A stretch of 64,000 bases of DNA from Octopus sinensis (lineage: Eukaryota): positions 106,640,001 through 106,704,000 of the forward strand of contig NC_043002.1 in NCBI RefSeq assembly GCF_006345805.1, in the 5' to 3' direction. The notes below the pieces were generated by a model. That model did not search any database. It was given only the letters and a program-made list of their open reading frames with translations, and had not been told where the DNA came from. Both the position numbers and the translations under genes were made by a program. Below are positions 40,279-53,467 of this stretch, piece after piece. The stretch's first letter is position 1; each line of letters begins with the position of its first letter.

Positions 40279-41698
40279 TCAAAGAACTGTAAAGCAACAA
40301 CAACAAAATTTATGTGAAACCCCAGATTATATTCCCTAAAGAGATGTTCTTTTATTATTTGAAGAGGTGATGGATGATGAAATCCATAAAGTATCAATTC
40401 ACATTTCACCTGTCTTTTTTTTTTTTTCTTTCATTCTTCCAGGCTTTTAGTAATTACAAAGCATCATCATCATTGTTTTAATGTTCACTTTTCCATGCTC
40501 GCATGGGACAGACAGGGTTCGTTGAGGCAAACTTTCTGTCAGCAACCTCCACCTGCTTCCAAGTAAGCTTATATTTACCTATCAGCTGACATGTCTCTAG
40601 GGAAGATTGGCAATGGGCAACACTGCTTGCATCACAGCGATTCTTGTTTACACCTGTCTGGTGATGTCAAGGCAAGGAGACAGTAACACACCTATACACA
40701 CATTCTCAAAGCTTGGGTTGGCTTGAGGCCATAAAAGAATACATTTGCTCAAAGTGCCAGTCAGTGGGATTGAACCTAAAGCAATGCTGTTCAGAAGCAA
40801 ACTTCTTACCATACAGCCACACCTGCTTCTGTCTAACATTTGTGCTTCCATGTTGTGATTAATTAATATAATTGGTCAGATTTAAGAAGCAGTAATGTGA
40901 CAGACCAAATACCTTGTTGTGTTTAGAGCCTCTGCCTCTTTACTCTTTTCAGCCACTGGTCTATGGCTATGCTGAAGTACTTTCATTTCTATTAAAAGTC
41001 TTGCCTATTAAAAGACCTTTAAGGTCACTTAAGTTCCAATCATATACTGGTATGAATTTGTCAAATTTCTGATCTTAATATCAATAATATGGTTGTTGTA
41101 AAACACCCATATCTTAATTCTACTTTTAATGTCCACGGAATTTTGAGGCAGATTTTCTGCACTCAGATGCCCTCTGTGTCACCAACCCTTACCTATTATC
41201 AAGCAAGGTAAAGTTTCCCCATAACCAGGCATGTTTTTCATGGACAAATGGAAACAAATGACAAGTGATGCATGTTTATAACTATCACATGATCTCAAAA
41301 CACATACAAACATGTATAAAATACATGTATATACACACACACACACAATATACAATAGGATTCTTTCAGTTTCTGTCTACAAATCCACTCACAAGGTTAT
41401 CGTAGAAGGCCCTTGTGAAAGGTACCCCAGTTTGAACCCAAGCTTCTTAACTAAACGGCCATGTTTGCTCCTCTTACAACATACCAGTAATATGCTGAGG
41501 TTGATTCCCTCAACTGTAGACATCTGCTTTGTATAAGAATAAACCTTAACAAAGGTCCTGAATGCTCTTCAGAAATGAATGAATGTCACAGCACCTCAGC
41601 TGCTCCCCCCCTTTTTTAATGTTGTTGCTGCTGTTTTTTTTATTAATCAAATTTTATGTTTTTTTTTGTTTTTTTTGATGTTTTTCTTAAATTTTCAG

Positions 41699-41727
41699 AT
41701 TGGATCAACATGTCTACCAATTTGAGG
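41699..41727 (+). CDS. Candidate 29-nt pecanex microexon (DWINMSTNLR), phase 1 to 0
   Basis: Long T tract plus TTTTCAG acceptor; AGG|GTGGGT donor; open in the frame left by exon 3. Keeps frame only together with the 10-nt exon at 42284. No homology support. Confidence 0.3.
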
Positions 41728-42283
41728 GTGGGTGGACGAGTATATGTGTGCGTGTGTGTGAGAGTGTGCTGTAAGTGTGTGTGTATACGCTTGTGTGCAT
41801 GTGAGTGAGTGTATGTGTACCTGTGTGACTGTTTGTTTGTATATATGTGTAGCTGTATATGTATGTACATGTGCATGCTCCTCTGTGTGTGTGTGTTTGT
41901 TTATATGTGTGTATTTGTGTGAGAGAGTGTGCTGTGTATGTGTGAGTCTGTATGTGAGTTGATTTATGTCTGTGAGTGTATGTCTGTGAACGTGTGGGAA
42001 TTTGTATGTGTGTGTTTATGTGTAGGTGTGTTGTGTGTGTCTAAATGGTATTTTTTGTTTCATCTTGGGATATTTTCTTTAAATTTCATTCTATTTGTTT
42101 CTCTAAAGCCAGCACATTGTCAATGCCCAGTGGAGGACATGTTACCTTTTGCTAGACAGCTTATTGTCAATGTTGAGGACATGTTACCTTTTGTAAGGGG
42201 ACACACCAACGTTTGCTATGTTTGTTTTTGCCTTGCACACTGTTTCTTCTTACTTCATCTTTATGTTGTTTTTACCGTTTCAG

Positions 42284-42293
42284 CAAGCAACAG
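42284..42293 (+). CDS. Candidate 10-nt pecanex microexon (QAT), phase 0 to 1
   Basis: Pyrimidine-rich tract, then TTTCAG|CAAGCAACAG|GTATTG. Restores the phase 1 needed by the 44050 exon if a phase 1-to-0 exon precedes it. Confidence 0.27.
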
Positions 42294-43361
42294 GTATTGG
42301 ATATAAAAGATATTGGTTAAACCCTCACCCTTACTCCTTCCTTCCCCTCCTACCAGTTACAGGTCTTCCAACAGATGGTCCCAAACTGTTAAAACATTTT
42401 CTTAAAGATAACCTTAATTCCCCAAAGGTTTTCCATAATATAATCCTGATTCTCAAAATTTCCATTGAAGAAGATTCTCATCCCTACAAGGATGAAACCT
42501 TCCCTACCTAATTATATTTTTATGTAAGATGCACCACTTTCCTAGAAAGTTTCCATAAGATGGCACTAAATGTCAAAACAGTTTCTAATGAAGAAATTTC
42601 CTCCATTCAGAAAGTTTTTTATTGAACAATATTCTCTAAAATGATTAAGTTTTTGCTCTCCAATTCATCACTCTGCCTATTCGTGAATGTAAACATTTTT
42701 GTTTTCATGAGCCCATGACAAAATATATTTTCTTGTTGATGTATCCTGTAATGTCCTTTATCATTGTATTTCTCTTTAAAGCAGACATTTTGGTAGGTTT
42801 CTAAGGCTAGGGTATCACAATTTGGTTTGGTAGTAGCTGAAGATTTGCTCCATTTAAATACATTTCAGTTGATGGCTTGCTATAAATCCAACAGCTACCA
42901 TTTGATAATTTTTGATGACCAAACATGAAATTTAATTGTTTAGGGGAGAATTAAACACAAACCATTTTTATTATTTCTTGTGTGGTAAGCTAATTTTGGT
43001 GGAGTCAAGCACCAACTGACATTGGTTGGTGTACTTAAATATACTAAAATTAATATGGCTGAACACATTGTCATTTAGTTTGGTCTGGTTAAACACATCA
43101 TTTGTCAGACGGTCTTGATGTGGCCATATACATTTCATTTGATGGTACCACAAAAGCTTAATATGTTACCTTAGCTATATCTAAGTGTTTCATGGGTAGT
43201 TAAGGTTAACTACTCCCTGACAGTATTTTGAATAAAAAAGACAACCCACGTGTCTCAGTTAATTAACAAAAATTATCAAGAATTTAGTAAAATTACGCTG
43301 GTTGTTTGGAACAAAACTTAGCAAAAAGATTCTCACATCAGATTATGTTGGAATGTTTTAA

Positions 43362-43583
43362 CCCTTTCGATACCAACCCAGCTGAAACCGGCTCTGGCTC
43401 TGTAGTACAAATATTTTGTTTTCATAAGTTGTGAATTAAAATCTTCCACCAAACCTTAATCACAATTTATGTTCCTAACACTAGCTTAATGATAACTAAG
43501 TTATTTTACTAAATTCTTTGTTATATTTAAAATTAATTGAAAGAAACACAGAGCATCTCAACAGAAATATGGTAACGAAAGGG
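43362..43583. mobile_element. piggyBac-like MITE
   Basis: TTAA|CCCTTTCG...CGAAAGGG|TTAA. Confidence 0.85.
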
Positions 43584-44049
43584 TTAATTGAAATAGAACT
43601 CATGTGGGCATCAGACAGGTTGGAATCAAAACACTCTCTTATTACATATATATACAAGTGATCCGGTGCTCTAAACACACAGGGTTAGTCTGTGAGTGGT
43701 CTCTTCAGAGATGGAAGGTCTTCAAGATGGGTGACCCTGTGGCTCACATTTCGTTCCTGATTGTAGTTGTTCCACTTCCCTTTATTAATGCTTTTCGGTA
43801 AGGCATGAATGTCTTGCAATCTCATTACACCCCTTCCCCACCAAAAATTTTCAACTGCCATATTATATGTGTAAAAAAAATAAAAATGTTTTCTTCATTT
43901 AAACTTTTTAAATATTGTATTCAGCTTGACGAGGAGTAATGACTGGTACACCTGTGTATCTGGATATGTGTGGATGGGGTAGTTGCTCTCTCTCTCTCTC
44001 TCTCTTCATACTTCTATATTGAATGTCTTCTTCTCCTGACTTCCAACAG

Positions 44050-45066
44050 TACTGCGGGTGGAGGCTGGAGGTGACGGCACCTCGTCACTATTGCCGATGT
44101 CTTCGTCTTCTTCGTCGGTGATGATGATGATGATGATGGACAGCAGCGGAGGTGTTGGTGGTGGTGACAGTGGGGGTGGAGCTGTACTGGAAACAGTTGA
44201 AGTCCACAACACCTCGCCGACCACTTCTAAACCTCCATCTCCTACTGATACCACCACTGCTACTACTGCTGCCATTACTACTACTACTACCACTACTACC
44301 AGTACTACTACTACTGCTGCTGCTGCTGTTGCTGATCATGATGATGATGATGATGATGACAATGTTGATAATGCTGATGCTGATGATGCAGATGACACAG
44401 CCACACCCAATGTTGCTCTGCCAGCAGTGCTAAGTACGTCAGGTTCCGCTCCACCCTCGTCTTCTCGTTCCCCTACATTCCGCTACTCTTTCTCCTCCTC
44501 TTCCCACTCCTCCGTATCTGAACGCTCCTCCGCCCGCTCCTTGTCTGCCTCATCCTCATCTCTAGCTTCCTTTGTCTCTTCTTACTCCACTGTCTCCCTG
44601 TCATCATGTCCGTCCACCACTGTTGAACCTCCAGGGACAGTCGATGAATCCACCAGCACCACCACCACCACCACTACCAATCCCACCTCCTCCTCCTCCT
44701 CCTCCACCACCACCACCAGCACTGCTACCAGCCCCTCCACCACCACCAGCACCACCATTACTGCCTGCCCCATTGCCACCACCACAACCAGCACTACCCC
44801 AAACAGCCCCACCACCAGCACCACCGCAAACACTCCTCCTCCCACTGTCGAACCTGTAGATGTGACTGTCACCGTAGAAACAGCAGAGGAGCCAGCCGAA
44901 GACTTCAGCCCTCTACCATCATCGCCTGTCCCTCCATCAACACCACCACCACCATCATCACCACCACCACCACCATCACCACCACCACCACCGTCTGTTC
45001 CTGCAGTGATTGTGTCATCTCCCGTTGCATTGAAACAGCCAGCTAAAGTATCCCTCCATGCCACAG
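44050..45066 (+). CDS. pcnx: Probable pecanex exon encoding a Ser/Thr/Pro/Asp/Met homopolymer-rich disordered segment
   Basis: CT tract plus CCAACAG acceptor at 44049 and ACAG|GTGAGA donor at 45067. 1017 nt with no stop in the phase-1 frame that links exon 3 and exon 5. GC-rich relative to the intron. No homology recognised. Confidence 0.65.
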
Positions 45067-45114
45067 GTGAGACAAACATATGTTCACACATACTCGCTTA
45101 CACAAATGCAACAA

Positions 45115-45160
<46 letters not shown>

Positions 45161-45809
45161 ACTTGTTACTAGAAATGATGTTATCTTTACTTGAAGATTG
45201 TAGTGTGGTGTCATGTGGGTATGAGGTAGGAAGTGTAGAGTACTTCATGAATACTACTACTACTACTACTACTATTACTACTACTACAAGGGAACCAACT
45301 TAACTCTGATATTCTGTACTCTTAACCAGATTGCATAATAATGGAGAGAAGAATATCACATTTTGATCGGATGACATTCAATAAAGATGCATCTTTGTCT
45401 CTTCTCTCTCTGTGTAATGTTTGTGCGTATATATAAGATTAGCCTTAGTATCTCTGCTCACCCCCCCCTCCATGGGGCACAAGGCAATGTTGCAAACCCT
45501 GTCACGAGCTGGTGGCCAGGCCAGGTCTATAGCTTCCATGTCTTCTACCAGAGTTCTCAACCAGGTATTGGCAGGTATGTTTCACCTATTATATCCCTGC
45601 CCCTGGCTTCAACTTGAAAGGAGCTCTAATGGGTCTCTTTGTGGCCATTTGTAGTGTGTAGTTGAACATCTTCAGTTGTCTTTCAGTGTTGGTCTCCTGC
45701 AGGTTATACGGCATGATTTAGTAATGCCAAGAAATTCTTTCATTTGTATGATTTTAAGACAATGTCTGTGAAAGCAGTTAATACATTTTTAATATACACA
45801 TGTAAACAT

Positions 45810-46420
45810 TCGAAGGTCATGCTTCACCACCTCGTCCCTTGTCTTCTTGGGTCTCCCTCTACGTTGGGCCTCACAGAGGCAATGACAAAAGACCAAGACC
45901 TCCGGAGGTATGCTGTGACTGAGAAGACCCGGCAAATAAAATGAGTCCACAGCTGTAACCTATACTAGTGTCGCATAACCAGCCCACTCAAAAGTATCTT
46001 GGATCATAGGGTGACTTGCTGTGCTTGAGGAGACCTATTGAGTCAAGTACATCAACATCAGCAATATCAAAATCAAATCAAATGGAAATTGTAGCTGTGA
46101 CCCCCATGCCAGTAGCATGTAAAAAGCACCATCCGAACATGGCTGATGTCAGTGCCGTTTTGAGTGGCTTCTGTGCCGGTGGCACGTAAAAAGCACCATC
46201 CAATCGAGGTTGATGCCAGCTTCTCTGGCCCCTGTGCCTGTGGCACATTAAAAGCACCCATTACACTCTCAGAGTGGTTGGTGTTTGGAAAGGCATCCAG
46301 CTGTAGAAACCTTGCCTGATCAGATTGGGGCCTGGTGCAGCCTGCTGGCTTCCCAGACCCCAGTCAAACCGTCCAACCCATGCCAGCATGGAAAACGGAC
46401 GTTAAATGATGATGATGATG
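45810..46420 (+). mobile_element. RTE 3' end with inverted 5' segment
   Basis: 45810-45860 is inverted relative to 45861-46420; 10-bp TSD ATGTAAACAT at 45800 and 46418. Confidence 0.85.
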
Positions 46421-47363
46421 TAAACATGGAGAGCTCTGCACTGTTTAAATTTTGTCATCTGAAGACGGTCAATGTAATTTCATGATGAGATGGAACCAGA
46501 TGACTTGAAGAAGTGTGTATTATCTTTAGAAGCTTTGTTCCTCTGAAGATGGTTTCCCTCTCTTACTGACTTCTGTTTCTTTTACTACAATTGTTGAGGT
46601 GTCTCGTAACAGTTGCCCTCATACTATCCAAGCACTATTAGTTGATATTGTTTAACCCCAGGTCAGCTCTGATTTAGCAGATATATGATCAAAGGTAGTT
46701 CAGCCATGGCCATCTTTCACATACATAGTGTAGTGTCTTTAGAATTTCCTTATCCAAAGTGTCCTTTATTTAAAAAAATGTTGAATGCAGTCTGAGAGAA
46801 ATTTGGCTGATATTTCTAGCAAGTCTACCAATAACTTAAGGGTTTCACCATCATTGCTGTTATTGTTGTTGCTTATCATTTGAACCCCTGACAATATATC
46901 TCAGGCATGTCAGGTGGACTGATGGAGTGCCACCTTCAGTGAATGTGTATATGTACATCTGAATGGCAACTGAATTAGCATGAGATTAATTCAAATGATG
47001 AAGAATTCTCTCCATCACATCCAATACTGTTGACCTTTCTGGCGCTTAAATTCTGTTCCATGGTGATTCTGTGGCCATTGCACAACAACAAAGTGTATAA
47101 GCCAACAGTGTCTCTACAACCTACAGCAAGAAAACCTCCTTGCCTTTATGGTACATGAAGCACACACACACACACGTCTCTCTCTCTCTCGCTCTCTCTC
47201 TTCACATATATATCATCATCCTCAATTAATGTTCATTTTCCATGCTGGCATGGGTTGTGAGAAGCTGTATCAAAAATGTTTTAAGGCATGAACAATGAAT
47301 CATATCTTAGAAACTGAATATGGAATCCTGTATAATAGATATTTAAAGAATTCCTTTTTAACA

Positions 47364-47413
<50 letters not shown>

Positions 47414-48881
47414 GGTGTCTACTACTTGCAACATTAGGCTGTACAAGTCTCTCATAGTAAGTAAATGAAAGTATTTCTGTTCGGTTCCCAATCAAGCCGA
47501 CTTTTGATCAAATGGTATCTTAACTGTGAACATCCCATATTTTCAGAGGTATGCAGGACTACATTATCTAATGTGTCCTTCCTCATTTAAGGTGGTAGGG
47601 TGAAGTTTGAGGGAGATTTAGCTGCTTTTTCTAGCAGGTCGAGCGGCCAGCTTGTTGATATTGCTAAAGCTTTGTCTTGTCTGTTATTTCGGGTATCACC
47701 TGACGGGTGGCACCAAATTGACCAGCTACAGTCGTTGTTGTTGTTGTTGTCAGTATTGTTGTTGTTGTTGTCGTCTTTCTCGTTGATTCTCCTCACACTG
47801 TTTGCAGCCCTATCCCCATTAACCCAATTCACTTCAAAACCTTTCAAATCAACAGTTCTATCCCTCCAGATTCTCAGTTCAAATCCCTATGAGGCTGGGC
47901 TTTTACATTTCATTTTTTCTTCCTATGAAAAAAAAAAAAAAAGAAAAAGAAAAGAAATAGCAGTGATATACTGGGGTGGAGGGAGCAATCTCATTCAGTC
48001 GAATATTAATACCTTATTCCCTTTCAAAAACTGGATTTGATCATATTCCAAAGAGTTATCAGTTGTTCATAAATGCCATGAAATTAACCCCTGCCGTTTG
48101 ATTTGCAGCCAGAGCAGTGTTGATTGAGCAGATATTATCAAAAGTGTTTTCCATCCATGGCCATCCTGTCTGTTGTGTACCTAGGCTTATTGTTCAAGTC
48201 CAATGTGTCCTTTCTTTAAGATGGTTAGTGTGAGTGAGGGAATTTGGTTGCTATTTCTAACAGGTCAAGCAATCACATAGAGGCTCCCTTGTTGGCTTAT
48301 GTTAACTGTTAGTTAACAAGAAAATGTGTGTGACTTGGCTGTAGATGGTAAGGGTGTTAAGATTGCCTTCTGTCATTGCTTTGCTATATACATTGGAAAG
48401 AGATACGATTGTCTCAGCAGTGGATTCATAATACTTCAGGATTATTGCTCAGATAAGAAGCCATTATTATGAATCAATGAAGGAGCCATTATGTGACTGT
48501 TTGATGTGCTAGAAATACCAGCCAAATCTACTTCTAATCACACTCCACTGTCTTCAGTGGAGATAGATAGATTGGATGGTCATGCCTGGAATACTGATTA
48601 TAAGTCTGTTTTATAAGGACTGGCCTGGAGCTAAACAACAGCAACATTGAAGATAAATCATATAATGTTGACTTAGAAACAATTTCCATGTAAAAGAAAT
48701 CTGCTGTTCATGGTACATCTTTGATCATAGCTCTGCTAGATATGGACTCTCCAACCTGGGACTAAACTAGTACAACAATAATAAGCCAACCGTTATGACT
48801 TTTTTTTTTGCTATATTTTAATTATCTATGTAATGAATATTTGCTACACCTCTCATAACAAGCTGTTTGAGTGTGTGTATG

Positions 48882-48925
<44 letters not shown>

Positions 48926-49120
48926 CATATAGTTTGTTTTTTTTTATTGAAAGTGAAGCTAGAGTTTGTCTCCAGCTCAAGTTTCATGCCATGGCAATCC
49001 TCAGGTGTGAAACCCAAGTTGCAAGAAAACTTTGTTTCATTTTCAATAAAAAAAAAAGCCACAACTTCTACAATATGTACACTCCTTTCTCATTCATTCA
49101 ACATAAAGTAACTATTCATT

Positions 49121-49160
<40 letters not shown>

Positions 49161-50580
49161 CAATATAAGGAATGGCCATCTACTTTTACTCTCTCACTAG
49201 ACCGCTGGTAGCGGAGAATTTTTTCTAGAATTTTTTGCTACCCTTATATTTATATATATATATATATATAATATATATATTGAAATGTTTTAACTGAAGG
49301 TCTTATGTAATGGATGCATTTCCTATTATATATTACATAGGCCTGAAATATGTGCATTAAATGATTTCAAAATATCACTATTTGGTTTGACTTCATCATG
49401 TGTGTATGAGAGAGAGACTATACAGACACTTGTTATCTTTTATCATATATATCTGTTGTTGAGGTCTTCTGAGCAACTTGATTAATTATCAGAGAGCGAT
49501 AAAACAGAATGTCTTTTGAAGTATGTTCTGATAGTAATGTTGTAGTTGTTGCCACTGCTGTTGTGTTTGCAATGGTACCGAATACCTCTGACATTGAATG
49601 GCTTTCAGATAATTTCATTGCTACGCATTCATTGGAGCTAGAAGAAACAGGAGATGACATGAAGTTTACCAACAAATAATTATGTCGGTGACTGTCTAAT
49701 TAAATACTTTTATATATACGTGTGTGTGTGTATATATATATATATAATAATATATATATATAATATATTATATATATATTATATATGTATATTTCTTTAC
49801 CTTCACCCGTTAATACAATAAATGAGTTAATTGCATTGCAATTAAAAACATTTATGTATTAAGAATCTGGGTACTTTACCAATAGTATATTGGATAAATA
49901 TTATCCCATAGTGGGTTACACCCATAACCCCTATCTTACTTTGTATATATGTGTATATATATTTCCATTATAATAAAAGAGTAAAATTAATTAATAATTT
50001 TACCAAGTAGTTCAGTACGTTAAAATAACCTTTTTAGGTAAAATTATACAAATATTCTATAATTATAAACCTAATTATAATCAGGGGTCAGCTAATTGCT
50101 TCACCACGCACCGAATTTAGAAATAGGAGTTAAATGCCTTTTCTACTACCATAAAGACCTCCCAGATCTTGCTCGTAACACACACGTGAGTGTTGAGGAT
50201 AAATATGTGTTCACATTCGGCTGTATATTTTTGGAAGTGTTGGTCGAATATTGGTTATGCAATGGCGCTTGATCACGTACATATTTAATTCCAACACTCT
50301 CAAATTTATATTTCGAAATGCTGCTCTGAAGATGAGAAATAAGTAAGTAAATATAACTTTACTATAATCTCGAAACACGTATGTAGCTAATCTGAGTTGT
50401 GAGGATTCGTTATTTTTTCTTTTTGCCTGCATAAAAAAGTGTGTTACTATCTGGGAGACCCTTATATATATATAAATGTTAGCTGGGAGGCAGCAAATGT
50501 AACTCAAGGTCCTAGAATTTCATAGGAAATCTATTGTGATTATTCACTCCCGTAGTTTTGCAGTTAAGACATATCCTGCT

Positions 50581-50582
<2 letters not shown>

Positions 50583-50619
<37 letters not shown>

Positions 50620-50704
50620 TATATATGTATGTGTATGTATATATAGATATACACATATATATGTATGTGTATGTATATATAGATATATATATATATATAT
50701 GTGT

Positions 50705-50735
<31 letters not shown>

Positions 50736-51020
50736 GTGTATATATATATTGTATATATATGTATGTATATATATATATGTTATATATGTATGTATGTATG
50801 TATATGTATATATATGTATGATATATATGTATGTATGTATATGTATATATATGTATGTAATATATGTATGTATATGTATGTATGTATATGTATATGTAGT
50901 ATGTATATGTATATATATGTATGTATGTATATGTGTATATATATATGTATATATATGTATATATATATATATGTGTATATATATATGTATATATATTATG
51001 TATATATATATATGTATATA

Positions 51021-51059
<39 letters not shown>

Positions 51060-51250
51060 TATATTATATATATATATGTGTATATATATATGTTATATAT
51101 ATATGTATATATATATATGTATATATATATATGTGTATATATATATGTATATATATATATGTATATATATATATGTTATATATATGTATATATATATATG
51201 TGTATATATGTATATATATATATGGATGTATATATATATATGTATATAGT
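50583..51250. repeat. ~670-bp compound (TA)/(TATG) microsatellite
   Basis: Seen directly. Confidence 0.97.
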
Positions 51251-51649
51251 CATTACAGATATAGGGTGAAATATAATTAATTTAATAAAATCAACAAATT
51301 TCACCTAGTAGTATTTCGGTATGGAAAAGGACCATATTCGGTAAAAATTTATATAATTATAATAATAAGGGTTTTTTGCAACAAGTTATATATATGTATA
51401 TATATATATATATATATATACATATCACAATAAGCAACACGATATCAAATAGTAATGCAGTATGACCATTTCAAGCAGCTTCGTTTAATTGAACAATGCA
51501 ATTATTACATCAATTTAAATGCAGTGCTATCTTCAGCTGCACAAATAAATAAATGGAATTTTAACAAGTAGGACACACTAATATAATTTTTCTTAAATAT
51601 TTTAACAGAGCAGGAAGATTGAAGAAATTCATGTTGTTGTTATTGTAGC

Positions 51650-51685
<36 letters not shown>

Positions 51686-52304
51686 AACACACACACACAC
51701 ACATACAGAATTGTTGATTCAAACTTGTAGTGTTTTATTCTTGGCTCATTTTATATCGTTCTCAATAATATCAGCTTGACCATTTTTGTAGCTATCATCA
51801 GATAATCATACCCCACTGTCATCATGTAGTTCATGTCACATATCTATAATACGATCACTTACTGCTGCTCTGTCCATCATCCACAACCATCACATATCCA
51901 TACCACCATCATCACCTACCTCTACTGTAGCTATCAACCATTGGTATCACACCCTCACTTTAACTGTAATACAGAACGTATTACGTGTCATCGTCATCCT
52001 CACATCTCCATACAACCATCACATGTTCATATCACCATCACTATTATTTAGCCATATACACCATATATATATATGTATATATCTGTGCCAATGTCCAGTC
52101 CTATTTGATATCAATTCTGATATTGTAGAGCCAATACTCTACAACATACAGGAAACTGTTAATCGCGATGATGATTATAATGATGGTGATGATATAGATC
52201 AGGATAATGATGATGATGATGATGATTAATAGTTTTCTTCGTGTGTTATGTGCAATTATTTTGTCTTATATTTCTTTTAGGTATAACCTATATATAAAAC
52301 ACCA

Positions 52305-52699
52305 ATGATAAGAGTAGAAATTAATATTATTAAATATTAAATAATATCAATTTCAACCAGTGGTCAGCATACTTAAAAAAAAAACGTCCAAGGACCATGA
52401 ATTCTATTTAAATATAAACAATATGAGAGACCACTAAGTGGATCCTTTGTATGCTAAAAATAGGTGTCAAACTGTCTTACCATGAAATCTGTGTTCTCAA
52501 ATTAGCAAGACGCTAGATATTTACGAGTTAGACAAATGAAAAGAAATAAACACAGTACTGTTTATTTCTTTTTCTTTTCATTTGTGTAGCTCATAAAAAT
52601 TAGTGTCTTGCTAATTTGAGAACACAGATTTTGTGACGGTTTGACATCTATTTTTAGCATACAAGGGATCCACTTAGTGGTCTCTTATATTGTTTATAT
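52305..52699. mobile_element. Unclassified element ending in a ~290-bp palindrome
   Basis: 52412-52699 folds back around CAGTACTG (52553-52560); homologous to 28655-28981. Confidence 0.7.
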
Positions 52700-53237
52700 C
52701 ACCAATGACTTTTCCTACAAATCCTTCTCTTGCTACTGTTAACCCCACCCTCTTTCTCTGTCCTCATTTCCCTGTAAGTTTAAATAGAGGTCACTTAGTA
52801 CACTGCAACTGAAATTAAAGTAAATTCAGACTACTTTGATATTCAGTTGCTTAGGTGCTGTCCATTCTTTGTGGATTATTTATTGTGTCAATTTACCTGG
52901 TTTTTCACCTGTACATTTCTGATCAACAATATTTTCTACCCATGTTCTCGCCCACATCCCTCTCAGAAACTCTGTACACTGTCAAATAAACTGGCATTGA
53001 ACAAATATTAGAACTAAATTATCTTGGATTAATTTAACCGTATGTCCATTTCGCACAGTCTCCTGTCCCTTGTCAAGTAACACACATCATCTTTTCTTCA
53101 CTTTCCCTGCGTTTCTCTATAAATATTAATCTCATTATATATAATATCATTATGGGGTGTCATTCTAACCTATTTTATCCTCCCCATTCAAATTTGACCC
53201 TATGTCTGTGTTTGAAATCAGTATTGATATTGCCTAA

Positions 53238-53467
53238 GGCGGCGAGCTGGCAGAAACGTTAGCACGCCAGGCGAAATGCTTAGCGGTATTTCGTCTGCGT
53301 TACGTTGTGAGTTCAAATTCCGCCAAGGTCGACTTTGCCTTTCATCCTTTCGGGGTCGATAAATTAAGTACCAGTTACGCATTGGGGTCGATGTAATCGA
53401 CTTAATACCTATGTCTGTCCTTGTTTGTCCCCTCTGTGTTTAGCTCCTTGTGGGTAATAAAGAAATA
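53238..53467 (+). mobile_element. SINE family B, full length, young
   Basis: Perfect 16-bp TSD AGTATTGATATTGCCT at 53220 and 53468. Confidence 0.92.

Noticed and set aside
40410-40450. Strong polypyrimidine/CAG acceptor at 40442
   Set aside because: The phase-1 frame hits TAG within three codons and runs into a SINE tail.
44006-45091. Minus-strand and alternative-frame ORFs over the low-complexity exon
   Set aside because: Shadows of triplet repeats; only the 44058 frame has phase-compatible splice sites.
45378-45660. Short ORFs just after exon 4
   Set aside because: The minus strand reads PANTWLRTLVEDME..LAW..ARDR, resembling a decayed RTE C-terminus rather than a host exon.
47400-47465. 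Consensus GTAAGT donor near 47457
   Set aside because: No pyrimidine tract upstream, and an in-frame TAG in the required phase.
50613-51280. Several long Tyr/Ile/Met/Cys/Val ORFs
   Set aside because: Translations of the TA/TATG microsatellite. The same applies to the many YIYI and HTHT ORFs elsewhere.
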